DNA of 47,816 nt, from the IMG/VR virus record IMGVR_UViG_3300050154_000050, positions 1-47,816 of that record; one strand, 5' to 3'. Shown piece by piece: positions 32,269 to 41,411 of the stretch. A program made the position numbers and the translations under genes. The notes beneath the pieces are model-generated. The model ran no database searches. It saw nothing but the letters and a program-made list of their open reading frames with translations, and was not told the origin of the DNA. Every line of letters starts with the position of its first letter. Position 1 is the first letter of the stretch. This DNA comes from a virus.

Positions 32269-33711
32269 ATGATTAAGAAAATCAAAGGTAAATTCGAGCT
32301 ATACAGCAAAGATGGCACAAAACATCTTGGTAGCTTTGATACGAAAGAAGCCGCTCAGGCTCGTGAAGATGAAATCAATAAAATCAAACACGCGAAAGAA
32401 CCCACTGGAAATCAGCTACTGGTTAACATCTCTACGCTGGTTGACAATTCAGCAATCCGCACAGAAACGATTGAGGGCGTAGAGTTTACTGTCCTGCCGT
32501 CGAAGACATTGCCGAAAGACATAGTTATGAACGGAATCATGTACCCTGCTGATGAAGTTAAGCGCACCATCGACACGTTAAACATGACGCCTGTTACGCT
32601 TGGCCACCCGGTAGTTAATGGAAAGTTTGCTGATGCTTACGACATGATGAGTCAAGCAAAGCACGGCTTATCAGGCGCGTTCAACAAGGTGACGGGGCAA
32701 GCACAAGATGGTAGTTGGCTGGTGGATAAATACATCCCTACCGAAGCGCTGCAAAACTCTACCCGCGGTAAGATTGTTGCGAATGCTATCGACAAGAAAC
32801 AGCCAATTCACACATCAACTGGCGTGTACCTGTCTCGCGTACCCGAACTTGGCACAAATGCTGCCGGGCAAGAATACGAATATAAAGCCAATATCGATAC
32901 ATTCAACCACGATGCCATTCTAGTCGGTGAAATCGGCGCGGCAACTCCAGAGCAGGGTGTGGGTATTTTCGTGAATGCGGATGGTGAGCAAGAAGTCGAT
33001 GTGATGTATTGCAATCTTAATTTGTCATCTGGCGACGATTACTCAATGAGCGCTGAAACCATAAAGGAAATGCTGGAAGAGGCGGCAAAGCAGGCTTTCT
33101 GTCCAGATATGCATGATTGCAAGTGCGAAGTGGAAGACTTTACAGATTCATCTGTCATTGTTGAGTGCATGGATAGAAAATATAAAACATCATATTCAAT
33201 CGATGGCGATAAAGCCGCGCTGTCTGGTGACGTGTATGAAGTTAAGGAAAAATACACTTTCACACAGAAAGTTGGCAAAATTATCAGCAAATTAACTTCT
33301 TTTGTAAAAAGTGATACAATGGATGGCGAAAGTGGTGATATGCCACCAATGCCTATGAATAACAGCCGTGAGGGCGACCAAGTGGAAAAACAAGAAGTTC
33401 AACAAATGATTGCGGATGCTCTCGCGGTAAACGCAGAACAAACCGCAAAAACTGTGCAGGATGCTGTAACCTCTGCACTGGCTGCAAACAAAACAGCTAC
33501 CGAGCAAGCTGAAAAAGACGGCCTGATTCAGCAAGTGGTTAACGCAAAACTGTTGCCAGAAGACGCAGCAAAAGAATGTGGTATCACTGCATTGCGTGCC
33601 ATGATTGCTAATCAGAAGCAACCGGCTTTCGGTCTGAATGCTAATCGTGTGGCTGGCGGCGATGATGAATTCGCGGGCTATGATTTCAACGCCATGATGG
33701 AGACTAAATAA
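32269..33711 (+). CDS. Prohead protease/scaffolding protein (DUF2213-like, putative)
   Basis: Track ORF 32077.. trimmed to ATG 32269, since the upstream part covers the tRNAs; coiled-coil Q/A/E-rich C-terminal half; sits upstream of the capsid genes. Confidence 0.55.
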   Translation: MIKKIKGKFELYSKDGTKHLGSFDTKEAAQAREDEINKIKHAKEPTGNQLLVNISTLVDNSAIRTETIEGVEFTVLPSKTLPKDIVMNGIMYPADEVKRTIDTLNMTPVTLGHPVVNGKFADAYDMMSQAKHGLSGAFNKVTGQAQDGSWLVDKYIPTEALQNSTRGKIVANAIDKKQPIHTSTGVYLSRVPELGTNAAGQEYEYKANIDTFNHDAILVGEIGAATPEQGVGIFVNADGEQEVDVMYCNLNLSSGDDYSMSAETIKEMLEEAAKQAFCPDMHDCKCEVEDFTDSSVIVECMDRKYKTSYSIDGDKAALSGDVYEVKEKYTFTQKVGKIISKLTSFVKSDTMDGESGDMPPMPMNNSREGDQVEKQEVQQMIADALAVNAEQTAKTVQDAVTSALAANKTATEQAEKDGLIQQVVNAKLLPEDAAKECGITALRAMIANQKQPAFGLNANRVAGGDDEFAGYDFNAMMETK

Positions 33712-34151
33712 TGTCAGGTAATCGCATTTTCCGTGGCTCTATCGATGAGCAACCAAAAACAGTAAGCAAGCCAGTCACTGGCGCATTGCTTCCAGCTACA
33801 TTCGTCACCATTGGCGCATCAGCGCTGGCACAAGCAACCACGCCGGTCGGACGCTTAGGTATTCTGGCACATCGTGACTTTTACTCGCAGGACAACGTAA
33901 CAGCATATGCATCAGGTGATACCGGTATTGCTTATCGTGTAGAACCAGAGCTTGAATTTCAAGTTGCAGTTGCTGCCGGTACTTACACCTTCGGTCAGGA
34001 ATTGACTGTTGCCGCATCCGGTCGGTTAGCGGCTGCTGCAAGCACCAACGTAGTAGTGGCATTCTTTGACGACGCAAGCAAGGCTGGCGTAGCTCAATCA
34101 GCCGGTGCACTGTGTGACGTTGTTATTGCCAATTACTACACCAAGCCTTAA
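33711..34151 (+). CDS. Head decoration-like protein (putative)
   Basis: 146-aa Ala/Gly/Val-rich ORF between the scaffold and major capsid genes; ATGA-type coupling. Confidence 0.45.
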   Translation: MSGNRIFRGSIDEQPKTVSKPVTGALLPATFVTIGASALAQATTPVGRLGILAHRDFYSQDNVTAYASGDTGIAYRVEPELEFQVAVAAGTYTFGQELTVAASGRLAAAASTNVVVAFFDDASKAGVAQSAGALCDVVIANYYTKP

Positions 34152-34165
34152 TGGGAGTTAAATAG

Positions 34166-35152
34166 ATGATCAAATACTCAAAAGAGCAGGCGGATTTTCT
34201 GCTTAACTCTCGCAAACAGTTTAACATGACGCAATCGGCGTTAGGCGTAAATCACCTGGTTGGTAACGCATCACCATTACCACGATACGTGTGGGAAATG
34301 ATTGACCGTGAGTCAGTAATGATTCAGCGTGACAACTTGGCAGTCTATAACGATTTGGCAGGCTCAGTTTCGCAGGCTATCCCAATCGGTAAGTTGTTGC
34401 ACATGTTCCCTAAAATCAGCGATTCAGGTTCTGCCAACGTATCACTGGATGGTCGCGGTAAGAACAAAGCTGATGCACCACTGATTGATTATGCTGGCAC
34501 TCCACTGCCAATTATCGACGATGTTGTTCAGTATGGCTGGCGTCAGGTTGCAGCGGCTGAGTCAGAAGGTTACGGCAACTTTACGGATTCAGGTATCCAG
34601 AACTCACAGCGCAAAGTCGCCGAGAAGCTGGAAGACATCGTACTGAATGGTGATAGCTCAATCGTTGTTGGTGGTTCTACCCTGTATGGCCTACGCAACC
34701 ATCCATCACGCAACACCGGCACTCATGGCTTGACTTTGAACTCATCAACAGGCGCGCAATGGTTGACAGCGTTGAAGGCTGGTTTAGCTAAGTTGCAAGG
34801 TGATAACTTCTTCACCAACACAGTAACTGTGTACCTGAATTGGCAGGATTGGTTCTACGCATCAACCACTGACTACACAGCAAACTATGCAAAATCAATT
34901 TTGCAGCGCTTGCAAGAAACTGTCGGAGTGACATTCGTACCGGCATCTAAAGTGCCAGCAAACGAAATGCTGTTTGTAGTTAAGCAGCGCACAGTAGTGA
35001 CACTACTGAACGGTATGCCACTGTCTACACGCGCACAAGTTCGTCAGAATCCAGAAGATGATTACAAATTCATTACTATGGCTTCAAGCGCGTTGGAAAT
35101 CAAAACAGACTACAATGGTAATTGTGGTATTGCTCATTTAACAACCGCATAA
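34166..35152 (+). CDS. Major capsid protein
   Basis: 328-aa ORF behind GGGAG, followed by a strong terminator; position and composition fit an HK97-fold/encapsulin-like coat protein. Confidence 0.7.
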   Translation: MIKYSKEQADFLLNSRKQFNMTQSALGVNHLVGNASPLPRYVWEMIDRESVMIQRDNLAVYNDLAGSVSQAIPIGKLLHMFPKISDSGSANVSLDGRGKNKADAPLIDYAGTPLPIIDDVVQYGWRQVAAAESEGYGNFTDSGIQNSQRKVAEKLEDIVLNGDSSIVVGGSTLYGLRNHPSRNTGTHGLTLNSSTGAQWLTALKAGLAKLQGDNFFTNTVTVYLNWQDWFYASTTDYTANYAKSILQRLQETVGVTFVPASKVPANEMLFVVKQRTVVTLLNGMPLSTRAQVRQNPEDDYKFITMASSALEIKTDYNGNCGIAHLTTA

Positions 35153-35180
35153 CTGTTAATGTAAATTGGTGTTAAAATAG

Positions 35181-35202
35181 AGGGAGCTTAGGCTCCCTTT
35201 TT
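35181..35202 (+). terminator. Intrinsic terminator after the major capsid gene
   Basis: AGGGAGC-ttag-GCTCCCT followed by TTTT. Confidence 0.8.
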
Positions 35203-35220
35203 ACTAAATAAGGAAACAAC

Positions 35221-35562
35221 ATGGCCGCTATTACCACACAATCAATCACGCAAGACGGCTCACTTGCCATCACGATGTCTACACTGACAGCGTCAGACAC
35301 CATCACATATTCAGCGAATGAATATATTTTGTTTCATAACCCTACTGGCGGCTCGTTAACTGCCAATATAAAAGGCTCAAGTGCCACCACAAAACAGGTG
35401 GACGGTGTTGGCTCCGTGTCACTATCCGCTGGCGTTGATGTTGTTGTCGCAGCTGGAGCGCACAAGGTGCTGAACGTTAACTCTCGCAAAGAGTTCATGA
35501 CTGGAACAACTGTAACCGTTACTGGCGCCGCTGGTTTAACTGCTGCAGTGTTGCAGGGTTAA
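35221..35562 (+). CDS. Hypothetical beta-rich structural protein
   Basis: 113-aa Thr/Ser/Gly/Val-rich ORF behind AAGGAA. Confidence 0.45.
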   Translation: MAAITTQSITQDGSLAITMSTLTASDTITYSANEYILFHNPTGGSLTANIKGSSATTKQVDGVGSVSLSAGVDVVVAAGAHKVLNVNSRKEFMTGTTVTVTGAAGLTAAVLQG

Positions 35563-35565
35563 AGT

Positions 35566-35733
35566 ATGATTATCGAAGTAACAGAAAAAGGATCCGACCT
35601 AACAGTTGGGACGCGCATCGAGGTCGAGAATGTCCCTCTGTGGCTAGTTAATAAATGTAAAATTGTCGATGAAGCAGAGCTAGAAGTGGCAACACCTAAG
35701 CGACAATACACGAAACGAGAAAAGGCCGAATAG
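35566..35733 (+). CDS. Hypothetical 55-aa protein (below the track cutoff)
   Basis: ATG 35566 lies 3 nt after the previous stop; MIIEVTEKGSDLTVGTRIEVENVPLWLVNKCKIVDEAELEVATPKRQYTKREKAE. Confidence 0.4.
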   Translation: MIIEVTEKGSDLTVGTRIEVENVPLWLVNKCKIVDEAELEVATPKRQYTKREKAE

Positions 35734-35781
35734 GGTCTTTTTTATGATGTTACATAAAGAAATAAACAGTAAGGAGCACAA

Positions 35782-37875
35782 ATGGCTGATATTATTTTCC
35801 CTCCTGTAAATGGCGGAGGAATCATTTACGTTAGATCTACATCTGAAATTCCAGCAGTTCCAGACCCGTCAATAGTCTACTACATCTGGGACGGAATTAA
35901 CTCATCAAAAGCAGTTCGCTATGAGTTTAGCGATGGTAGACTGCAAAGCGATGGTGTAACAGAAACCACGCTGGCCAATTTGGGGAGTGCTCAGAGTGCT
36001 GGGCAAGAAACAAGTATCACCGACTTGAGTGCTATATCAAAACGTATTGGCGACCACTACGCATTCATTTCAACCGCGCAATTTGTAAATGCACTGGATT
36101 TTGGGGTACCGAGAGACGGGATTACTGACATGTATCCAGCTCTAAGAATGTTGTGCGATGCAATAAAATCAAAAACCATCAAAGCGTCAGGAATTTTCCT
36201 TCCTTATACGGGTAATGGATATAAAATATCACAGCAAATATTAATAGATTTTCCTCTACAAATTAGATATGAAGACAACATAACTGCAACATTCACAACC
36301 AAAAAATGTGTTTTTCTTTTTCGTGGGACATACAGCACTACCGATTCTAATGCATTGCTAAAAGGATGCGGAATTAGTTCTTCCGGCAGATATTTCATTG
36401 ATGGAAATGGTTGGAATAATACAGATTACACATATTCGACTTCCGATACTTATTATTCGCCTGTTCTTTTTATGTGGTGTGACAAACCTTATGCTATTGA
36501 TGTGTGGGTTAAGAATGGTCTTGTTAATGGAGTTAGGTCGTTCCAGTGCAGAGAACCTTTATTTCACCGAGTGATTGGCTCTGAATCTGTGTGGGATAAT
36601 GGCGTTAGCATTGAATTTGATCCCCCTTGTTATTTGTCAACTGATTATACAACATGGTCTAAAGCCATCATGTCTTACTGCATTGGTGCCAATAATAAAC
36701 GAGGCCTTGGATGCACCATGTATGCCGCGCCAATGAGAGCCACTGTTGTTGGGTGTCTTGCTTTTGGTAACGGAGCAAGAAGTGCTGGTGAAGTTGGTTC
36801 ATCAGGTGTGATTGGAGGGGGTATTTCAATTGAAGATGATTTTAATAACAAACACAGCAAGGCCCCATATATAAAAGTTATTAATTGCCACGCATGGGAT
36901 AACGCAAATGGATTCTTTGTTTCTTCTGATTATGTGGATATTGATGAGGCGTGCACTGCTAACGATAATACCTACCCATTCGATGGAGTTAATGATTCTG
37001 CAAATACCCATGGTAATGGATATACGTTTGTAAATACTAAGCACATAAAATGCCTAGGAAGTTCAAAAGGCAATTTCAAACGTGGTATATATGGACTTGG
37101 TTATCAAACTTTACCAATAGACCAAGCTGTTTTCGGTGGAAAGCACCGAAATAATTTAGTATCAGGCTTATTAGTGCAAGGCGCTGGTAAAATTGATATT
37201 TTACCATCATTTTCGTCTGATACTAATGGAGCAACGCAGCCTGCTGTACATGTATATAATCTAACTGATTATAATTTCGGCGCAGGGGAAGTAACAATAA
37301 AAGGAATTAACGTTTCCCGTTCTGGATTAAATGCTATTAAAGCACAGGGTGTTGGCGATGTAAAAGTCATGGGAGTTTCAGGCAAAGATAATGGAGCGTC
37401 AACGGCATCCCCATGCGTCTTAGTTGATTCATGTACTAAAGCCGTTGTGGATGGCGTTGCTTTCACTGGGGCAAATAACACCAATATTGTCTCTGTTAAT
37501 AGTGCGACTGGTGCTGCTGCAATTAATAATGTTTCCGGTGATTCTTCTGGAGCTAAGGTTATAAACAATGCAGCAACACCATTTGATGTAAATGGGATAA
37601 CTCAATCAGTTGGTGATGCGTCAGTAACAGCATGGCAGGGTAAATTTGTTACTATCCTATTTAATGCTGCTATTACGTCGGCAAGAACCGTAACATTATC
37701 AACCACTAATGCATCAAGAGGGGATAGAGTTCGCGTCCTTAGAACATCCAATGCTACTGGCGCGTTTACCGTAACCGTTGGCTCATCGCTTAAAACGCTG
37801 TCATCTGCATCAACTTGGGCCGATTTTGAATTTGACGGAACGAATTGGTTCTGTTCCGCCTCTGGTTCGGTATAA
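35782..37875 (+). CDS. Tailspike 2 with pectate-lyase-type beta-helix (depolymerase-like)
   Basis: NALDFGVPRDGITDMYPALRMLCDA resembles the Pectate_lyase_3 N-terminal signature; 697 aa, repetitive Gly/Asn/Ser/Val-rich body. Confidence 0.65.
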   Translation: MADIIFPPVNGGGIIYVRSTSEIPAVPDPSIVYYIWDGINSSKAVRYEFSDGRLQSDGVTETTLANLGSAQSAGQETSITDLSAISKRIGDHYAFISTAQFVNALDFGVPRDGITDMYPALRMLCDAIKSKTIKASGIFLPYTGNGYKISQQILIDFPLQIRYEDNITATFTTKKCVFLFRGTYSTTDSNALLKGCGISSSGRYFIDGNGWNNTDYTYSTSDTYYSPVLFMWCDKPYAIDVWVKNGLVNGVRSFQCREPLFHRVIGSESVWDNGVSIEFDPPCYLSTDYTTWSKAIMSYCIGANNKRGLGCTMYAAPMRATVVGCLAFGNGARSAGEVGSSGVIGGGISIEDDFNNKHSKAPYIKVINCHAWDNANGFFVSSDYVDIDEACTANDNTYPFDGVNDSANTHGNGYTFVNTKHIKCLGSSKGNFKRGIYGLGYQTLPIDQAVFGGKHRNNLVSGLLVQGAGKIDILPSFSSDTNGATQPAVHVYNLTDYNFGAGEVTIKGINVSRSGLNAIKAQGVGDVKVMGVSGKDNGASTASPCVLVDSCTKAVVDGVAFTGANNTNIVSVNSATGAAAINNVSGDSSGAKVINNAATPFDVNGITQSVGDASVTAWQGKFVTILFNAAITSARTVTLSTTNASRGDRVRVLRTSNATGAFTVTVGSSLKTLSSASTWADFEFDGTNWFCSASGSV

Positions 37876-37884
37876 CAACAAACC

Positions 37885-37904
37885 AACCCGCTTCGGCGGG
37901 TTTT
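37885..37904 (+). terminator. Intrinsic terminator after tailspike 2
   Basis: AACCCGC-ttcg-GCGGGTT followed by TTTCTTTT. Confidence 0.8.
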
Positions 37905-37923
37905 CTTTTGCCTGTTAAAAAGG

Positions 37924-37932
37924 TGATATAAT
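37924..37932 (+). promoter_or_regulatory. Extended -10 promoter TGaTATAAT
   Basis: TG at 37924-37925 and TATAAT at 37927-37932; upstream of 37960. Confidence 0.5.
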
Positions 37933-37959
37933 AACCAAAATGTATGAACGGTTATTATT

Positions 37960-38814
37960 ATGCAAGACTTCATCACATCGGTGCCGGTTGGGCCGTTATT
38001 CACCGATGTCATATCGGTATCAGGATTAAATTCAAACAGACCAATAAAAGCAATTAATAACGGAAATGAGCAAATCCGTTACTTTGTGTCTTCATTGCAA
38101 CCAACGGCAGACAAGGAACGTGACGCTATATGGATTTCCGTTGGTGAGTCATTAGTTATTCCCGCTGGCGCTAAATTGTGGTGCGCTTGCGTATCATCCA
38201 GTTCAATTAATCTTCAATATTCCGATGCTTGGTCAATTGAAGGCGCGCTTCGACAGATCAATGGCTTATCACAGGCGAGATTGATGACGTCTGACCTTAG
38301 CGCTGGTGAAACATTCGCAGTAAGCGGTCAGATGTATCGGTGTGCGATAACATTCACATCTGTACCAATTGGTGGAACAAGATGGATAAGGTTTACACCT
38401 CCAGCAGATAAAGAGGTAGCAATAACAGAGCGCACACTATCGCCTGACATCGCGGGGGCTACATACCATCTATATACCAACTCAACCGGATTCACGCCAA
38501 CTGCAACGGTTAAGGCTTATAACCAATCAGACAGACCAACAGACCAGCAAGAGTCGTCATCTATCATTCAGATTGGCACAACAGCACCAACATCGCTTGG
38601 AACAGATAAAGGAATTATACTGCGATGCGGTAAGGGTTCATCTCCAGGGCAAAGCGGAAGACCAGCTGGCACGGCATCACCAGACACCGGGTTCACGCGA
38701 TACAGTGCAGGCGGCGCCGGGTTCTTTTCTGAGATAGCGAACACATCAGGGATTATTCAGGATATTGACGTTGTACTGTATTTTGCTGAAATACCGCCTT
38801 CACTGCTTACATAG
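37960..38814 (+). CDS. Hypothetical protein (possible receptor-binding or structural accessory)
   Basis: 284-aa track ORF with its own promoter, downstream of tailspike 2; no motif recognised. Confidence 0.5.
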   Translation: MQDFITSVPVGPLFTDVISVSGLNSNRPIKAINNGNEQIRYFVSSLQPTADKERDAIWISVGESLVIPAGAKLWCACVSSSSINLQYSDAWSIEGALRQINGLSQARLMTSDLSAGETFAVSGQMYRCAITFTSVPIGGTRWIRFTPPADKEVAITERTLSPDIAGATYHLYTNSTGFTPTATVKAYNQSDRPTDQQESSSIIQIGTTAPTSLGTDKGIILRCGKGSSPGQSGRPAGTASPDTGFTRYSAGGAGFFSEIANTSGIIQDIDVVLYFAEIPPSLLT

Positions 38815-38881
38815 TAAAACTGTGTTAAAATTGAGTTAATAAAAACCATAATTTGCGGGATGAAACAACTCCTTGTTTTTA

Positions 38882-38890
38882 TGATAAAAT
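38882..38890 (+). promoter_or_regulatory. Extended -10 promoter TGaTAAAAT
   Basis: TG at 38882-38883 and TAAAAT at 38885-38890; upstream of 38909. Confidence 0.45.
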
Positions 38891-38908
38891 TATGGGTAAC
38901 GATAAATT

Positions 38909-39181
38909 ATGAATGAGACAACGATGGACAAAATTTCTGCGGCGCTTGATTCGCCCATCGGAAGACTAGTAGACAACGCAAGCCCGAAGATTGGCGCAGT
39001 CACGACGATGGTGGCTGGAACATCGTGGTATATGGCTATCCCGTGGGATAATGTCGTACTAATAACCTCGGCTGTCGGCGGCGTGTTTTTCGCTGTTGAG
39101 CGTGGGCTGCGGCTAGCGGTGTATATTAGAAATAATTTCATCAAGCGAAAGGAGTTGGCAAGTGACGGCGACGATAACTAG
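38909..39181 (+). CDS. Holin-like small membrane protein (2 TM helices, charged C-terminus)
   Basis: GAVTTMVAGTSWYMAIPW and VVLITSAVGGVFFAV, followed by RNNFIKRKELASDGDDN. Confidence 0.4.
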   Translation: MNETTMDKISAALDSPIGRLVDNASPKIGAVTTMVAGTSWYMAIPWDNVVLITSAVGGVFFAVERGLRLAVYIRNNFIKRKELASDGDDN

Positions 39182-39557
39182 TGCAGAGCTCGCAGCATTC
39201 ACAAAGAAGCTCGGATTCGAATCACTAACTGACATCGAGAGCGAAGCATTCATTGAGGCTGCTGATTCGGTAGATTCTGGATTTGATGTATCTGGATATA
39301 CTGACGCAAAAGTTAGACTGATTAAACTGTATCTGTGCGCCATGCTTTCGATTAATGGCGTTCGGCAAGTGTCGTCTGTAGGGCTTGACGTTATGTCAAA
39401 GTCGTACAGATATGGCACACTAGAAGAGACATACCGCTGGCTTGAATCAGCAATCGGCACGGCAGACGTTGACGGCGTGGTTAGTTCGCTGATTCCGTCA
39501 AGCGGCGCTGGTTTCGGATTTATGGCGGTTACGTCAGGACAGGCTGCCGATGAGTGA
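39162..39557 (+). CDS. Head-tail adaptor/connector (putative; GTG start behind AAGGAG)
   Basis: 131 aa; first of four tightly overlapping neck genes; call rests on synteny. Confidence 0.45.
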   Translation: MTATITSAELAAFTKKLGFESLTDIESEAFIEAADSVDSGFDVSGYTDAKVRLIKLYLCAMLSINGVRQVSSVGLDVMSKSYRYGTLEETYRWLESAIGTADVDGVVSSLIPSSGAGFGFMAVTSGQAADE

Positions 39558-39897
39558 CTTCATAGCCGAAGACTTTCTAACTGAAACCTGTACATACTGG
39601 AAAACATCCGGCGTTGACGAGTGGACAGGCGTTACCACTTATTCAGCGCCAGTGTCTGTTAAATGCTGGTACAAACAAGATTACAAGATGATACGCAACG
39701 CACAAGGACAAGAGGTTGTATCAACAGCAACATTCTTTAGTCCTTATCTGCAAAGCGTGTCAGTTGGCGATTTAATTCATATCGGCACAACAACAGAAGC
39801 TGACCCGCTACAGGTTGCAGTGATGCCAGTCGTTGGTGTTGGACATATTCCTGCGTCCGCCGTTGATTCGTCTGATTTGTATAAGGTATTTGTATAA
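39550..39897 (+). CDS. Head closure / neck protein (putative)
   Basis: 115 aa; overlaps both neighbours; call rests on synteny. Confidence 0.4.
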   Translation: MSDFIAEDFLTETCTYWKTSGVDEWTGVTTYSAPVSVKCWYKQDYKMIRNAQGQEVVSTATFFSPYLQSVSVGDLIHIGTTTEADPLQVAVMPVVGVGHIPASAVDSSDLYKVFV

Positions 39898-40247
39898 TGG
39901 CGATTACAGCAGTGAAAGTTATTAACAATATGCCAGCCATTCTGTCTGACATTCAAACAAAAATGGCGCGAATGACCTACGCTGGCGCTACCGTACTGGA
40001 TGGTTATCAAGCAACTAATATCCCAATTGATACCAGTGCGCTAGCTAATAACCGAACCATTGAAACCAAAGCAATCGGTGAAATGCGCGTTGTCTCCATC
40101 CTTAAATTCCACCAAGACTACGCCGCAGCAGTTAACGCCAAAGTCGGTGTAAAATGGAAGCGTCCAGCCGCGATAGACCACTGGCTAACTGAGTCAGCAA
40201 AAGAAAGCCGCGATGAAATGCTGGCAGTAATGAAGGCGGTGTTATGA
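39897..40247 (+). CDS. HK97 gp10-like neck protein (putative)
   Basis: 116 aa; NIPIDTSALANNRT...HQDYAAAVN resembles the gp10 family. Confidence 0.45.
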   Translation: MAITAVKVINNMPAILSDIQTKMARMTYAGATVLDGYQATNIPIDTSALANNRTIETKAIGEMRVVSILKFHQDYAAAVNAKVGVKWKRPAAIDHWLTESAKESRDEMLAVMKAVL

Positions 40248-40621
40248 GTAACCACATTGCAGACCTAAAAGATTTTCTAGTCGCACAAAACCTAACGACT
40301 GGATTTATCGTCCAGCCGTATGAGCTGAAAAGCACAACAACAGCAACCGAGCGATACATGGCATTGTTACCAGACGGTGGCGGTAATGCGTCAATCAGGC
40401 AGCCATTTGTGCGTATTTTATTGATTGGTCAAATTAACGAGTTGGCGGCATATGTTGTAAACGCAGCAGATGCGATTGTCAAAAAACTATTACCAGATAG
40501 CGATACATACAGCCAAGGTAATTCCGCATTATTTGAAGTAACCAACGACATCACAATCAGCGAGCGCACTACAGATGGTCGCCCGTACTGTCAAATTAAC
40601 TTACGCTGCTTAGTGTGGTAA
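40244..40621 (+). CDS. Tail completion/terminator protein (putative)
   Basis: 125 aa; last gene before the major tail gene; call rests on synteny. Confidence 0.4.
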   Translation: MSNHIADLKDFLVAQNLTTGFIVQPYELKSTTTATERYMALLPDGGGNASIRQPFVRILLIGQINELAAYVVNAADAIVKKLLPDSDTYSQGNSALFEVTNDITISERTTDGRPYCQINLRCLVW

Positions 40622-40661
40622 AATGGCACGGTAATATTACAAACTTTTTGAGGTATAACAA

Positions 40662-41126
40662 ATGACTGCATATGTGGGCCGTGCAACTGGCTACAGCTTT
40701 ATCGAGGCTAAGGGCTCAGACAATACAAAAACACTAGCGCAAGTTGCTGCGTTGGCTTTTAAATTCATTGGTGCGGCGCGTGGTAAGGAAAACGATTCTT
40801 CTTGGACAACTGCCGACGCAACTCACTCAGATTCACCAGACTTCAAAAAGCAGTCGCTGGTAACGTTTAATGAAAACAACATTAAAATTGATGGTGTATT
40901 TATTGATGACGGCACCGCAAACCTTTTAGCTCTGGAAAATGCTGTAAACTATCCAGACGCAACAAGCCAAGGCAGTGAGCCGTACATGTTCATTAAAGAA
41001 GTGTCACCGATTACCGGGACTCGATACTTCTTCTGTATGGGCACAAAGTTCACCGTTACAGCTAGTTTTGACGATGTTCAAAAGTGGTCAATGGAAGCTA
41101 GTGTATTGAATCGCATTAGTGAATAA
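40662..41126 (+). CDS. Major tail (tube) protein
   Basis: 154-aa ORF behind GAGG, followed by a terminator; lies upstream of the chaperone and tape measure genes. Confidence 0.55.
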   Translation: MTAYVGRATGYSFIEAKGSDNTKTLAQVAALAFKFIGAARGKENDSSWTTADATHSDSPDFKKQSLVTFNENNIKIDGVFIDDGTANLLALENAVNYPDATSQGSEPYMFIKEVSPITGTRYFFCMGTKFTVTASFDDVQKWSMEASVLNRISE

Positions 41127-41129
41127 CAT

Positions 41130-41147
41130 AAGCCCCGAAAGGGGCTT
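41130..41147. terminator. Shared bidirectional hairpin between the major tail gene and antisense cassette D
   Basis: AAGCCCC-gaaa-GGGGCTT. Confidence 0.7.
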
Positions 41148-41289
41148 AGTTTAATTTAAAGTTTTCAAGCTCAGATAAGTCAATGTCATTTTGTTCTACA
41201 GCATCAAAATGATAAACATCAATACCTTCATTACATTCAGATTTAATAACCGCTAAATCTTCTTCATATCCCAAGAATGTTAATTCCAT
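41146..41289 (-). CDS. 47-aa highly acidic protein (cassette D; below the track cutoff)
   Basis: GGAGATACAAA-ATG; MELTFLGYEEDLAVIKSECNEGIDVYHFDAVEQNDIDLSELENFKLN has 13 D/E against 2 K and 0 R. Confidence 0.55.
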   Translation of the reverse strand: MELTFLGYEEDLAVIKSECNEGIDVYHFDAVEQNDIDLSELENFKLN

Positions 41290-41320
41290 TTTGTATCTCC
41301 ATCCGTTATCTCTTCGTTGT

Positions 41321-41334
41321 ATTTAACTATTATA
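41321..41334 (-). promoter_or_regulatory. 14-bp motif variant TATAATAGTTAAAT (1 mismatch), pointing into cassette D
   Basis: Plus strand ATTTAACTATTATA; 31 nt to ATG 41289. Confidence 0.55.
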
Positions 41335-41372
41335 CACCCTCAAACCAACCGCAAGCCATAAACACAAAAAAA

Positions 41373-41381
41373 TGATAAAAT
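41373..41381 (+). promoter_or_regulatory. Extended -10 promoter TGaTAAAAT restarting tail gene transcription
   Basis: TG at 41373-41374 and TAAAAT at 41376-41381; upstream of 41412. Confidence 0.5.
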
Positions 41382-41411
41382 ATCGCCATGCTTTCATAGC
41401 GAGACTTTTTC

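Noticed and set aside
36204-39460. Antisense ORFs in the tailspike 2 / neck region (36204..36398, 36675..36860, 36826..37044, 37269..37568, 37602..38012, 38890..39144, 39113..39460)
   Set aside because: They are nested opposite supported + strand genes. 37602..38012 would also cross the terminator at 37885 and the promoter at 37924.
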